Of a DNA stretch of 64,000 bases, positions 17,998-27,482 are shown one piece after another (position 1 is the first letter of the stretch; every line of letters begins with the position of its first letter). Position numbers and translations under genes: made by a program. This stretch comes from an uncultured bacterium (GTDB lineage: Bacteria > Patescibacteriota > Minisyncoccia > Phycocordibacterales > PALSA-1337): contig CAIMDG010000002.1 of NCBI GenBank assembly GCA_903839725.1, positions 241,117 to 305,116 of the forward strand. The letters run 5' to 3'. Under the pieces are notes generated by a model that saw only the letters and a program-made list of their open reading frames with translations, was not told the origin of the DNA and searched no databases.

Positions 17998-20304
17998 ATG
18001 AACATGAAACGTTTTAATCGCTACATAATTCCAGTCAGTGCAATCGCTATTGTAGTGATACTCTTTTCAGTTCAATTTGCATTAGCGCAAGCTAACAATG
18101 CAAACTCAGGAGATAGTGGTACTAGTTTCCTCAAGTGGTTTGGACTCAATCTTCCACAGTTTATCGCCGAATCTCTCGCTCACTTATTCTTCACCCTGCA
18201 AACGATTTGTAGTTGGTTCATTGCTGTTGCTGGAGCATTGCTCAACTTTTCAATTAACCAAACCCTCAATATAAAGTCATTCGTTGAACATACTCCAGCT
18301 ATATATAGTGTATGGAGAGCCGTTCGCGACATCTCGGGCATGATCATTATCTTCTCACTGCTCTACGCTGCACTACGTTTGATACTGGGCTTTGATGCAA
18401 AGTTTGGGGATCTCATCAAAAATATCGTGATTGCTGGCCTACTCATAAACTTCAGTTTCTTTGTAACAGGAGTTGGAATAGACGCATCAAACGTTATATC
18501 GATACAACTGTACAATACGATTGCTCCAGCAAATAGTTTGAATCCTGCCAATATGAACCCAAGTAATATTGAACAGTCACTTGGTGATGGAGGTCTTTCA
18601 GACGTGTTCATGAGATCACTTAATGTAAGTAGTTTGTACGACAACAGTGCCAGCCTTTCTGCAACAGCAAAGAATGATGGTGGTGATTGGACTTTGCCTC
18701 TTTCTATCATCATTCGAGGAGTAACTTCGATTATCATCATGGTGACAGCGGCGCTCAGCTTCTTCTTCGCGGCCTTGGCATTCATGATTAGAATTGTTGT
18801 ATTAATCTTATTGCTCGGATTTTCACCAATTTGGTTTGCGTCCCACGTACTTCCTCAACTCAAAGAATACTCTTCAAAATGGACTGACCTCTACGTTGGG
18901 CAGCTTCTATTCATGCCGGTATATCTTCTTTTGATGTATTTTGCATTAAATGTTCTTACCACGAGTGATTATTTGCAAAATGTTGGACAACAGATATCTA
19001 CTGGTTCAATGTCAGATCAGGGTAAACTTATGGGTTTGGTGATAAACGCTATCTTCGTCATCATCATGATCAATATACCTCTTTTGGCAGCCGTCAAAAT
19101 AGGAGGTGCCACAACAAGTTGGATCAATACCAAGAAATATGGTGCGGAGGGAGTATCGAAGTGGATCGGTAGTCGCACTGGTAATTATGTAGGTAAAAAT
19201 ACAGTTGGTAAGGCTGCTTACGCCTTGAATGATAGTAAGGCTATGAAGAATTTTGCTGCATTCATGCCAGGTCTTGGCGGGGCAGTTTCGAAGGGATTGG
19301 GCAAGGCAGGTAATGCTGGGTTTGGCATGAAGAAGGGTGGATATGAAGATAGTCTCAAGGAAACAAAGAAGGAACAGGCGGCTATGTTCAAGAAGATTGG
19401 AAGTGTTGATAGAAGTAAATATGATTCAGAAGAAGCCTTCCAGAAGGCACAAGCTCAAGCAGGTGAATTCCAAAAACAATATGCGAAGAATGTTGAGTCG
19501 AGTATTCTGTCAACTCCAATACAGACTATTGCTGATAAGATCGGAAATGATAGAAGAAAAGCTGCAAGAATTGCTGAAGTTGATGCAAAGGGAATCGCTC
19601 ATTATGGTTCAGAGGAAGAATATCAAAATGCTCGAGCTGAAGCTGCAAAAGATGCGTGGTATGCAGCACCAAATGTTGGAAAGGTTCTTAGTTATATGTT
19701 TGACAGTAGGGCACACAAAGAAAGTGGCTTTACTTTGAACGAAGAGGCTAATATAAAACAAACTGAAGCAGATCACAAAGCAATAACCGAGCGAATAGAG
19801 GAAACGACTAAGAAAGAAACGGATGCACTGAATGCGGTTGTGGACAGAATCAAAGACAAAGATACTGCTATAGAAAAAGTTGAAGAGGAGATAGAGAAAT
19901 TTAACAGTAACCCAAGTCTAAATCCAATAGAGGAGGAACAGAAGAATAGAGCATTAAGGAATTTGGAAGATTTGAAGAGAGAGAAGCAAACAATAGAGGC
20001 GACGAAAGGAACAAAGGAAATGCTTCAAGATAGAATCAATCAATTTGGAGACTTCAAAGCATTAGCAAATGCTGGAAAGTTTGAGAAGCTTATGGCCACA
20101 ACAACAGTATTGACTGAAGCAGACAAGAAAAAAATATTTGAACTTGCAGTAAAAAGAATACCGCTCACAGGAACGATAGAACGTGTAAACAAGACAAAGG
20201 AAAAAGAGAGGGAAGGATCAATCCTTAGTGAATTCGCAAAGAAAGCAAAAGAAAGTGGCGGTGGAGGTAGTGAACCAAAAGAAGAAAAGCCAAAGACTAC
20301 ATAA
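17998..20304 (+). CDS. VirB6/TrbL-like polytopic membrane protein (T4SS channel component) with a long charged C-terminal tail
   Basis: Signal peptide plus at least 6 TM helices in the first 400 aa, then about 350 aa of K/E-rich coiled-coil-like tail. This architecture is typical of VirB6/TrbL/ConG; assignment is by architecture only. Confidence 0.45.
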   Translation: MNMKRFNRYIIPVSAIAIVVILFSVQFALAQANNANSGDSGTSFLKWFGLNLPQFIAESLAHLFFTLQTICSWFIAVAGALLNFSINQTLNIKSFVEHTPAIYSVWRAVRDISGMIIIFSLLYAALRLILGFDAKFGDLIKNIVIAGLLINFSFFVTGVGIDASNVISIQLYNTIAPANSLNPANMNPSNIEQSLGDGGLSDVFMRSLNVSSLYDNSASLSATAKNDGGDWTLPLSIIIRGVTSIIIMVTAALSFFFAALAFMIRIVVLILLLGFSPIWFASHVLPQLKEYSSKWTDLYVGQLLFMPVYLLLMYFALNVLTTSDYLQNVGQQISTGSMSDQGKLMGLVINAIFVIIMINIPLLAAVKIGGATTSWINTKKYGAEGVSKWIGSRTGNYVGKNTVGKAAYALNDSKAMKNFAAFMPGLGGAVSKGLGKAGNAGFGMKKGGYEDSLKETKKEQAAMFKKIGSVDRSKYDSEEAFQKAQAQAGEFQKQYAKNVESSILSTPIQTIADKIGNDRRKAARIAEVDAKGIAHYGSEEEYQNARAEAAKDAWYAAPNVGKVLSYMFDSRAHKESGFTLNEEANIKQTEADHKAITERIEETTKKETDALNAVVDRIKDKDTAIEKVEEEIEKFNSNPSLNPIEEEQKNRALRNLEDLKREKQTIEATKGTKEMLQDRINQFGDFKALANAGKFEKLMATTTVLTEADKKKIFELAVKRIPLTGTIERVNKTKEKEREGSILSEFAKKAKESGGGGSEPKEEKPKTT

Positions 20305-20310
20305 ATACCC

Positions 20311-20970
20311 ATGAAACAATTTACTCAACAAGAAATCCAAGATCAATTTGATAGACTTCCTACGGAAGTACAGAATGCTATCAATGCAAGTGACTTGCCT
20401 GACAAGATCAGCAGTATAGGCAAAAAGTACGCACTGCATACTGATCAACTTGGTGAACTTGTTGATGAAATAGGTCTCGTTATACTCGGACTTCGACGAT
20501 CATCAGCATTCATAGGTGACATGATCGAGCGCGCTTCACTCAGCTCAAAAGATGCTCATGCAATCGCTGAGGAGGTTAACACTAGTATCTTTTCGACGAT
20601 AAAAGCACATCTCCAAAACGTTGAAAGATTAAATACTGACTCAGCGGATATGGTTCAAGCGGCATCAGATATATCAACGCTCGAACGAGCAGGGGATTTC
20701 ACTATAGACAAGCAAGCTGTTGAGCCAAAGATTGACGTAACAGCAGCTGACAGGCCTCAAATCCTAGATAATGTAGAATATCCAAAGCCTACAACTCCAA
20801 CACCATATAAACAAATTGATCCATTGATAGACCACTTATTGAGCAACCCTGTTTCATCGACCGTCCAAAACGTAAAAATCGTTGAGGCACCAACCAAACC
20901 TACTGAAACTAAGCCCACAGCTCCACCACTAGTACGTAAAGTAGACACTTACCGAGAACCAATTAAATAA
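20311..20970 (+). CDS. Hypothetical protein (T4SS-like cluster)
   Basis: 219-aa ORF, no recognisable motif; P/T-rich C-terminus. Confidence 0.35.
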   Translation: MKQFTQQEIQDQFDRLPTEVQNAINASDLPDKISSIGKKYALHTDQLGELVDEIGLVILGLRRSSAFIGDMIERASLSSKDAHAIAEEVNTSIFSTIKAHLQNVERLNTDSADMVQAASDISTLERAGDFTIDKQAVEPKIDVTAADRPQILDNVEYPKPTTPTPYKQIDPLIDHLLSNPVSSTVQNVKIVEAPTKPTETKPTAPPLVRKVDTYREPIK

Positions 20971-21020
20971 TCGAGTTATACTCTTAGCTCCCACGACATA
21001 CCTCTGATATAATAGAGTCA

Positions 21021-21455
21021 ATGCGTTTTCAAGTTCCCCAATTCATCGAGATTGAAGATAAGATCTTCGGATCACTGACTCTCAAGCAGTTTATTTATCT
21101 TGCTGGAGGAGGCGGGCTTTCATTCTTGGTATATGTATTCATTGGCAATCTCTTCATCTCACTCATACCGATCGCTATTATTCTTGGTATTTCTGGTGCT
21201 CTCGCTTTTTATAAAATAAACAGAAAGCCCTTTGTGGCAGTACTTGAATCTGCATTCAAATATTATCTTGGTACAAAACTCTACATTTGGAAAAAAGAAG
21301 AAAAACCTCGTGCTGATAATGTACAGATGGCAGTAAAGGATGCGAAATTATACGCATCAGTTATGGTTCCTAAGATTTCTGATAGCAAACTCAAGGACCT
21401 AACATGGAGTCTCGATATCAAAGAAAGTATGTATTCAAACAATAACCAGAGATAA
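21021..21455 (+). CDS. VirB3/PrgI-like small membrane protein
   Basis: 144 aa with two adjacent TM helices (LAGGGGLSFLVYVFIGNLF; LIPIAIILGISGALAFY); lies immediately upstream of the VirB4 ORFs as in Gram-positive-type T4SS. Confidence 0.45.
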   Translation: MRFQVPQFIEIEDKIFGSLTLKQFIYLAGGGGLSFLVYVFIGNLFISLIPIAIILGISGALAFYKINRKPFVAVLESAFKYYLGTKLYIWKKEEKPRADNVQMAVKDAKLYASVMVPKISDSKLKDLTWSLDIKESMYSNNNQR

Positions 21456-21456
21456 T

Positions 21457-22098
21457 ATGGCGAACAAATCCCAAACAACTCAAGATTTCGTACCCGTACA
21501 AGAAGTACGTGATGGTGTCGTTATTCTCAAGAATGGGGGAATGCGTTCAATCGTATTGGCATCATCATTGAACTTTGCCCTCAAATCACAAGATGAACAA
21601 GGTTCTATTTTGATGCAATTTCAAAACTTCTTGAATTCTCTCGATTTCTCAGTACAAATATTCATACAATCAAAAAAGCTTGATATACGACCATATCTTG
21701 CACTTCTCGAAGATCGCTACAAAGACCAAGTGACTGAACTTATGAAGATACAGGTGCGAGAATATATCGAATTCATCCGAACATTCGTTGAAAGTACTAG
21801 TATTATGTCCAAGAGTTTCTTCGTAGTTATTCCGTATGATCCACCAATGATCAATTCCAAGAATAATATACTTGGATCAATGATGCCAAGTAAAAATAAA
21901 TCAGACACTGCAAAACAAACTGCTGATGCTCAATTCCAGGAATACAGAAGTCAGCTTGAACAGCGCGTAGCCGTTGTTGAACAGGGACTCGTTCGTTGTG
22001 GAGTTCGTACCGCTGAGCTTGGTACCGAAGAAGTGGTAGAATTGTTCTACAAGCTCTTCAACCCAGGAGAAACCGAGAAACCAATACAAATAACATGA
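21457..22098 (+). CDS. VirB4-like N-terminal domain protein (apparently the separately encoded N-terminal part of VirB4)
   Basis: VQEVRDGVVILKNGGMRSIVLASSLNFALKSQDEQ matches the conserved VirB4/TrbE N-terminal pattern (kdGsl.av.eV.Gidf.l.seeeq). It overlaps the next ORF by 4 nt (ATGA). Confidence 0.45.
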   Translation: MANKSQTTQDFVPVQEVRDGVVILKNGGMRSIVLASSLNFALKSQDEQGSILMQFQNFLNSLDFSVQIFIQSKKLDIRPYLALLEDRYKDQVTELMKIQVREYIEFIRTFVESTSIMSKSFFVVIPYDPPMINSKNNILGSMMPSKNKSDTAKQTADAQFQEYRSQLEQRVAVVEQGLVRCGVRTAELGTEEVVELFYKLFNPGETEKPIQIT

Positions 22099-23903
22099 GT
22101 ATATTTTCAAACATATTTAAAAAGAAAGACTCACCAATCGTCTCTATCCTCCCTGAAGAGATCTACCAGGCCGGTGTTCTCGAACTCAAGGATGTTATTG
22201 CTCCTTCTGCACTCAAGGTAACACCAAAAGAGATCAATCTTGGTGAAAAGGTTGGCCGTACACTCTTTGTTATTTCATATCCACGCTTCCTTGATGAAAG
22301 TTGGTTTGCTCCTATCATCAACCTCGACAAGGTATTCAACGTTTCTATATTTATTCATCCTGTTGACACTGCTCGAGTTCTCCGTCATTTCCAGAAGAAG
22401 GTTGCTGAAGTACAAAGTCAGATATCACGCCGAGAAGAGAAGGGTCTGGTGCGTGATCCAAGTCTCGATACTGCGTATCAGGACCTCGAAATGCTTCGTG
22501 ACCAGCTCATGCAAGCGCAAGAACACCTCTTTGATGTTGGTGTGTATATCACTATTTACGCCAACAATGACAGTGAATTGGACAAGCTCGAATCTGAAAT
22601 CAAATCAATTCTCGAGTCAAAACTTGTCTATGTTAAGCCTGCTCTATTCCAGCAAGAACAAGGATTCAAGAGTGTTATTCCAATAGCCGACGACCAGTTG
22701 GCAGTGTACTCGAAGCTCAATTCTTCGCCACTTTCAAGTCTTTTCCCATTTGTTTCATTCGACCTTACTTCAGACAAGGGTATTCTCTATGGTATCAACC
22801 GCCACAACTCATCATTGGTGCTTTTTGATCGTTACAGTCTCGAAAACTACAACTCCGTAACTTTTGCTACTGCCGGTGCCGGAAAATCATACTGTACGAA
22901 ACTAGAAATCCTCCGCACACTGATGTTCGATGTCGATGTTCTCGTGATTGACCCTGAAAAAGAATACGAATACATGGCCGAAGCAACTGGTGGAAAATAT
23001 TTCAACATATCTCTTAACTCAGAACACCATATCAACCCATTCGACCTTCCTATAGCTCATGAAGGGGAGTCGGCGTCTGACATTCTCCGCTCGAACATCA
23101 TCAACTTGGTTGGATTGTTCCGTATTATGCTTGGAGGTTTGACCCAAGAGGAAGATGCTATCGTCGATCGTGCTATTTCTGAAACATATGCTTTGAAGGA
23201 TATTACTCCAGAATCTGATTTCAGAAATATTGAACCACCGCTTCTTTCAGACTTTGAACTCGTATTGGCAGGAATGGAAGGCGCCGATTCGTTGGTACAG
23301 CGTTTGTCAAAATATACCAAGGGAACATGGGCAGGATTCATCAATCGCCCCTCGAACGTAGATATCAACAATAAATTCGTTGTCTTTTCATTGCGCGACA
23401 TGGAAGATGAACTCAAGCCGGTAGCTATGTATATCGTTACACACTATATTTGGAATGCTATTCGTAAGAATCTCAAGAAACGTCTTCTTGTTATCGATGA
23501 GGCATGGTGGATGATGAAATCCGAAGACACAGCTTCATTCTTGTTCGGTTTGGCAAAACGTGGACGCAAATACTTCCTCGGACTTTCTACTATTACACAG
23601 GACGTGGACGACTTCTTGAAATCTCCATATGGTATGCCAATCGTATCAAACTCATCTATCCAAATTCTTCTCAAACAATCACCAACTGTTATTGATCACA
23701 TTCAGCAAACATTCAACCTTACTGATGAAGAGAAATACTTGCTTCTCGAATCAGATGTTGGAGAGGGAATATTCTTCGTAGGACTCAAACACGTTGCCCT
23801 CAAAATCATTGGTTCATATACAGAAGATCAAATTATCACTACAAACCCTGCTCAAGTTATGCAAATACGCCAGGCCAAGAAAGATCTCGAGAATGCAGGA
23901 TAA
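22095..23903 (+). CDS. virB4: VirB4/TraC/ConE-family T4SS ATPase
   Basis: Walker A TFATAGAGKSY, Walker B LLVIDEAWWMM, and the surrounding motifs are typical of VirB4/CagE; 602 aa. Confidence 0.8.
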   Translation: MSIFSNIFKKKDSPIVSILPEEIYQAGVLELKDVIAPSALKVTPKEINLGEKVGRTLFVISYPRFLDESWFAPIINLDKVFNVSIFIHPVDTARVLRHFQKKVAEVQSQISRREEKGLVRDPSLDTAYQDLEMLRDQLMQAQEHLFDVGVYITIYANNDSELDKLESEIKSILESKLVYVKPALFQQEQGFKSVIPIADDQLAVYSKLNSSPLSSLFPFVSFDLTSDKGILYGINRHNSSLVLFDRYSLENYNSVTFATAGAGKSYCTKLEILRTLMFDVDVLVIDPEKEYEYMAEATGGKYFNISLNSEHHINPFDLPIAHEGESASDILRSNIINLVGLFRIMLGGLTQEEDAIVDRAISETYALKDITPESDFRNIEPPLLSDFELVLAGMEGADSLVQRLSKYTKGTWAGFINRPSNVDINNKFVVFSLRDMEDELKPVAMYIVTHYIWNAIRKNLKKRLLVIDEAWWMMKSEDTASFLFGLAKRGRKYFLGLSTITQDVDDFLKSPYGMPIVSNSSIQILLKQSPTVIDHIQQTFNLTDEEKYLLLESDVGEGIFFVGLKHVALKIIGSYTEDQIITTNPAQVMQIRQAKKDLENAG

Positions 23904-23928
23904 TAAAAGGGGGTGATATAATGAATCT

Positions 23929-25140
23929 ATGGCAGAACAAATCGGAAAACCCACATATAGAGTAGGAATTATGGGAGGAATTGTGTGGCTTACCATAGCT
24001 ACTGTGGCTGATTTGTTTACTCTTATCCCATTTGTTGGGGATTTTGTTGGGCCTATATTCTGGGTATGTTTCAGTATATATCTCTGGAAAATCGGTTGTG
24101 GTTTTATAAATGCACGACGATTGGCTACTGAAGTCGTGTCTGCTGTAGGGGAGATGATACCTGTAGTACAAGAATTGCCACTCATTCTTGCAGGAGTACT
24201 TGTTGTCCTTATCATGATTCGATTTGAAGATAAAACGGGTATAAGTGTTATGCCTGCAAAAGGTAAATTTGGAATAGCTAAAAAGGGGTCAGATGGTAAT
24301 TACCTCAATCAAGGTAAGACAAAGGAGTTATTCAATAAAGGCTACGGAAACCCACTCAATGAAAATGGAGTACGAGCTCCACAAACAGGGAATACGTACC
24401 GACCTGAACAAGGTGGTCAAACAATAACAGCCAATATGTCAGGGGCTGGGAGATCATTTAATGTGAATGGTGTCAGAGTGCCATCACAACCAAGAGCTTC
24501 TGTGGCAGGAGTGTCGAATACGGCTACGGCTTACAGTGAACCAACTTTTTCGAAAGGGCCATCAACTGGTTATGATGCAAAAAATGCATTTATGTCTTCA
24601 CAAAAAGGTGCCAACCCCGATAAAGATCTCGCAGATGCTCAGGCGGCGTATGAAAAAGCTAAGCAATCAAATGTTGATGTAGAAAGTTCACAGCACGCAT
24701 ACTCTGAACGAAATATGGATGAGGCATACAGGAATATGCAATCAGCAAAAGAAAATCAGAGAAGAAAGGCTGAGCTTGGCGACAAAGCGTACGCAACTGA
24801 ACATAAAGCTAATCTTGAATCTAGGTGGGATGAACAAAATAAACGAGAGGAGGGGGATGGTTCAATAAAAATGAATACCAGAAGAGTAGGTGATGGTGCA
24901 AATACGACCAATACTTCCTCATCAGAACTTGGCACAGATTCTTCAACCGGTATGGAATGGTCTCATGCAGGAATTATACGAAAAATGGATTCCGCTACAG
25001 GTGGACGAGCAGGGAGATTGGCTGACAAAATAGGTAAAGTCGCAGGCGTTGATGGATCTGTTGCTCATTCGCTTGCTACCGGAGAAGGTATTCAGGCGGG
25101 TACATCTAAAAAAGAGCTTGGGGACAAAATGAACCCATAA
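23929..25140 (+). CDS. Hypothetical polytopic membrane protein with a polar N/G/Q/K-rich C-terminal tail (T4SS-like cluster)
   Basis: 3-4 TM helices in the first 110 aa; 403 aa. Confidence 0.4.
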   Translation: MAEQIGKPTYRVGIMGGIVWLTIATVADLFTLIPFVGDFVGPIFWVCFSIYLWKIGCGFINARRLATEVVSAVGEMIPVVQELPLILAGVLVVLIMIRFEDKTGISVMPAKGKFGIAKKGSDGNYLNQGKTKELFNKGYGNPLNENGVRAPQTGNTYRPEQGGQTITANMSGAGRSFNVNGVRVPSQPRASVAGVSNTATAYSEPTFSKGPSTGYDAKNAFMSSQKGANPDKDLADAQAAYEKAKQSNVDVESSQHAYSERNMDEAYRNMQSAKENQRRKAELGDKAYATEHKANLESRWDEQNKREEGDGSIKMNTRRVGDGANTTNTSSSELGTDSSTGMEWSHAGIIRKMDSATGGRAGRLADKIGKVAGVDGSVAHSLATGEGIQAGTSKKELGDKMNP

Positions 25141-25202
25141 TTATTGTTATAACTGGTGATAACTTCTTATGCCCATTCAGATATTCATGATAAAATACTG
25201 TC

Positions 25203-26231
25203 ATGAATCGTCGTTTTATTTCTCTTTTTATACTCTCATTCGTACTCCTTACCGGCATTGCACATGCCCAAATCCCGACACTTTCTAGTACTGGACTCAA
25301 TCTGAATGCGTCAACAAATAACCCAATACCAGGACAAAACGTCACCATCACTGCGACAAGCTATAGTGCCGACTTGGATACGTCTCAAATTTCATGGATT
25401 GTAAATGGAAAACTCTTTCAAAGTGGTATTGGTATGAAGAAGCTCGATGTCAAAGCACCCCCTCTCGGCAAAGAATTGAGTATTGATGTGAACGCTGTCA
25501 CTTCAAGTGGCAGAAAAATGATTTCAAACATTGTCGTTGGATCTGGCTCAGTTGATTTGATCATAGAGTCTGATGGCTACGTACCACCTCTCTTTCTCGG
25601 AAAAATTGCTCCTGTAGTACAAAACAAAGTTACTGTTATTGCCATGCCTCATATCGCTGATTCTTCAGGCAAGGAATATGATCCGAAAGATCTCGTGTAC
25701 AAGTGGGAGCGAAATGACAGTGTTCTTCAGGACCAATCAGGTTATGGAAAACAATCTGTTTCTATAAAGGGAACTGTGCTGCCACGAGGGTATACTCTCA
25801 ATGTCACTGTGCAATCTCGTGATAATAAAGCTCAAGCAAAAGGTTCGATAGGTATCGGTTACGCAGGCCCTTCTGCGCAGTTTTATGTGAATGATTCCTT
25901 GTATGGGGTATTTTACAACCGAGCAATTAAAAATTCACTCTCAATCGGTTCAAGTAGGGAATCGGGAGTGCGTGTAGTTCCTTATGGCTTCAATAAGCCA
26001 TCAAATGACATTGGTGATCTATCTCTTGCATGGACAATCAATAGTACTGATCATCCAGAATTAAATACGAATGAATCTATCATCATCCGTGCGCCGGAAA
26101 ATTCTGACGGAGTTTCAAATGTTTCACTCAGTATAAATAATACAAAAGAAATACTTCAAAGTGTGCAAGCAAATTTTTCTGTAAAATTTAAGAAAAATAC
26201 AGGTTCAGCAAGTGATGCGGTAACTTTTTAA
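25203..26231 (+). CDS. Hypothetical secreted protein (T4SS-like cluster)
   Basis: Signal peptide MNRRFISLFILSFVLLTGIAHA; beta-rich, 342 aa. Confidence 0.4.
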   Translation: MNRRFISLFILSFVLLTGIAHAQIPTLSSTGLNLNASTNNPIPGQNVTITATSYSADLDTSQISWIVNGKLFQSGIGMKKLDVKAPPLGKELSIDVNAVTSSGRKMISNIVVGSGSVDLIIESDGYVPPLFLGKIAPVVQNKVTVIAMPHIADSSGKEYDPKDLVYKWERNDSVLQDQSGYGKQSVSIKGTVLPRGYTLNVTVQSRDNKAQAKGSIGIGYAGPSAQFYVNDSLYGVFYNRAIKNSLSIGSSRESGVRVVPYGFNKPSNDIGDLSLAWTINSTDHPELNTNESIIIRAPENSDGVSNVSLSINNTKEILQSVQANFSVKFKKNTGSASDAVTF

Positions 26232-26234
26232 ATC

Positions 26235-27452
26235 ATGAATTCATTTTACACAAAAATACATATCATCATTCTTGTTCTTATTCTTAGTATTTTCTGCATA
26301 CCAACAGTCCAATCGACACATGCACAAAATGGAAATATCCAAGGTGGTTATACACTTCTCGAACCACTTCCAGATATTACAAATGGGGGAGGGTCAGTAA
26401 CAAATGTACAATTTCAGGATTATATTGGATACGCATTCAATCTCATGATTGCTTTGGCCGCTGTTGCTGCAGTCTTCATGATTGTTTGGGGAGGTCTCCA
26501 ATACATGAGTACAGATGCATGGGAAGGGAAGTCTGCCGGTATATCCAAACTCAAAAATGCAGTGCTTGGTTTATTACTTATTCTTTGCTCCTATTTAATA
26601 CTGAGAACAATAGACCCAAGACTCGTTACAATACCGTCAACACTGGTACCTCCACTTACAGGACTTGACTACACTCCACAAATCAATAATTTCCTCAAAG
26701 GGATTACTGGTGAAATGAATAGCATGCGAGTTGAAAATGCACAAATACTTACTGATGTGAACTCAGCAAGACAAACTGTTGATGATTTGGAAATACAGAT
26801 TCAAGAGCTTATGGGTGAAGAAGGTTGGACTGATAGTTCAGACTATGAATCAGTATGTCAAACAGAAAACACAGATTTGCCAGCAGCATGTGCACAATAT
26901 GCAGCACTTATCGACCAACAAAAAACTGCTGAAGTTGCCATATCTGGTGGAGTCGCAAGAGGTGTCATGAATGACATAGTTGTCGGATGTACAGCCGGTT
27001 CTCCTGACGGGGCTTCGGACGCAGACCTGGCAACATGTCGATCAAAACTCTTGGCAGCTCGCGACAAACGTGTTGCGGAACTTAACGCACTTGGTGATCC
27101 TGCCGCTGCAGCCAAAGTAATGGACTATGGAGTATACGCATCTACATTACTCGACATGAATCAGTCAGTTACAAGCAAGATCGGCTCGGGAAACTGGATT
27201 ACCAGCGGACTCAAAAGTACTACCGAGGCAGCACTCTATGCAACAGGTCCAGTTAATGGTTTGATTGGTGGTGTTGTTATAAATGCAACTAGTAATGCAT
27301 GGGATAGATCAAATGCCGCCTTAGCTGTTACGGAGATTAACTCTGCCATGAGTAGAAACGTGGGACATATAACTGATCCAACAATAAAAGCAAAGTTAGT
27401 TAGCCAAGCAACAGCCATCGTAAGATCACTAGGTGGTACTCCAACTTTCTAA
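26235..27452 (+). CDS. VirB2/TrbC-like pilin domain (N-terminal ~130 aa) fused to a ~270-aa C-terminal extension
   Basis: Signal peptide, then two hydrophobic helices (AFNLMIALAAVAAVFMIVWGGLQYM; AVLGLLLILCSYLILRTI) separated by a short polar loop, as in TrbC/VirB2 pilins; assignment by architecture only. Confidence 0.3.
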   Translation: MNSFYTKIHIIILVLILSIFCIPTVQSTHAQNGNIQGGYTLLEPLPDITNGGGSVTNVQFQDYIGYAFNLMIALAAVAAVFMIVWGGLQYMSTDAWEGKSAGISKLKNAVLGLLLILCSYLILRTIDPRLVTIPSTLVPPLTGLDYTPQINNFLKGITGEMNSMRVENAQILTDVNSARQTVDDLEIQIQELMGEEGWTDSSDYESVCQTENTDLPAACAQYAALIDQQKTAEVAISGGVARGVMNDIVVGCTAGSPDGASDADLATCRSKLLAARDKRVAELNALGDPAAAAKVMDYGVYASTLLDMNQSVTSKIGSGNWITSGLKSTTEAALYATGPVNGLIGGVVINATSNAWDRSNAALAVTEINSAMSRNVGHITDPTIKAKLVSQATAIVRSLGGTPTF

Positions 27453-27482
27453 TAAATTAATGATGAAAATCTATTAAAAGAT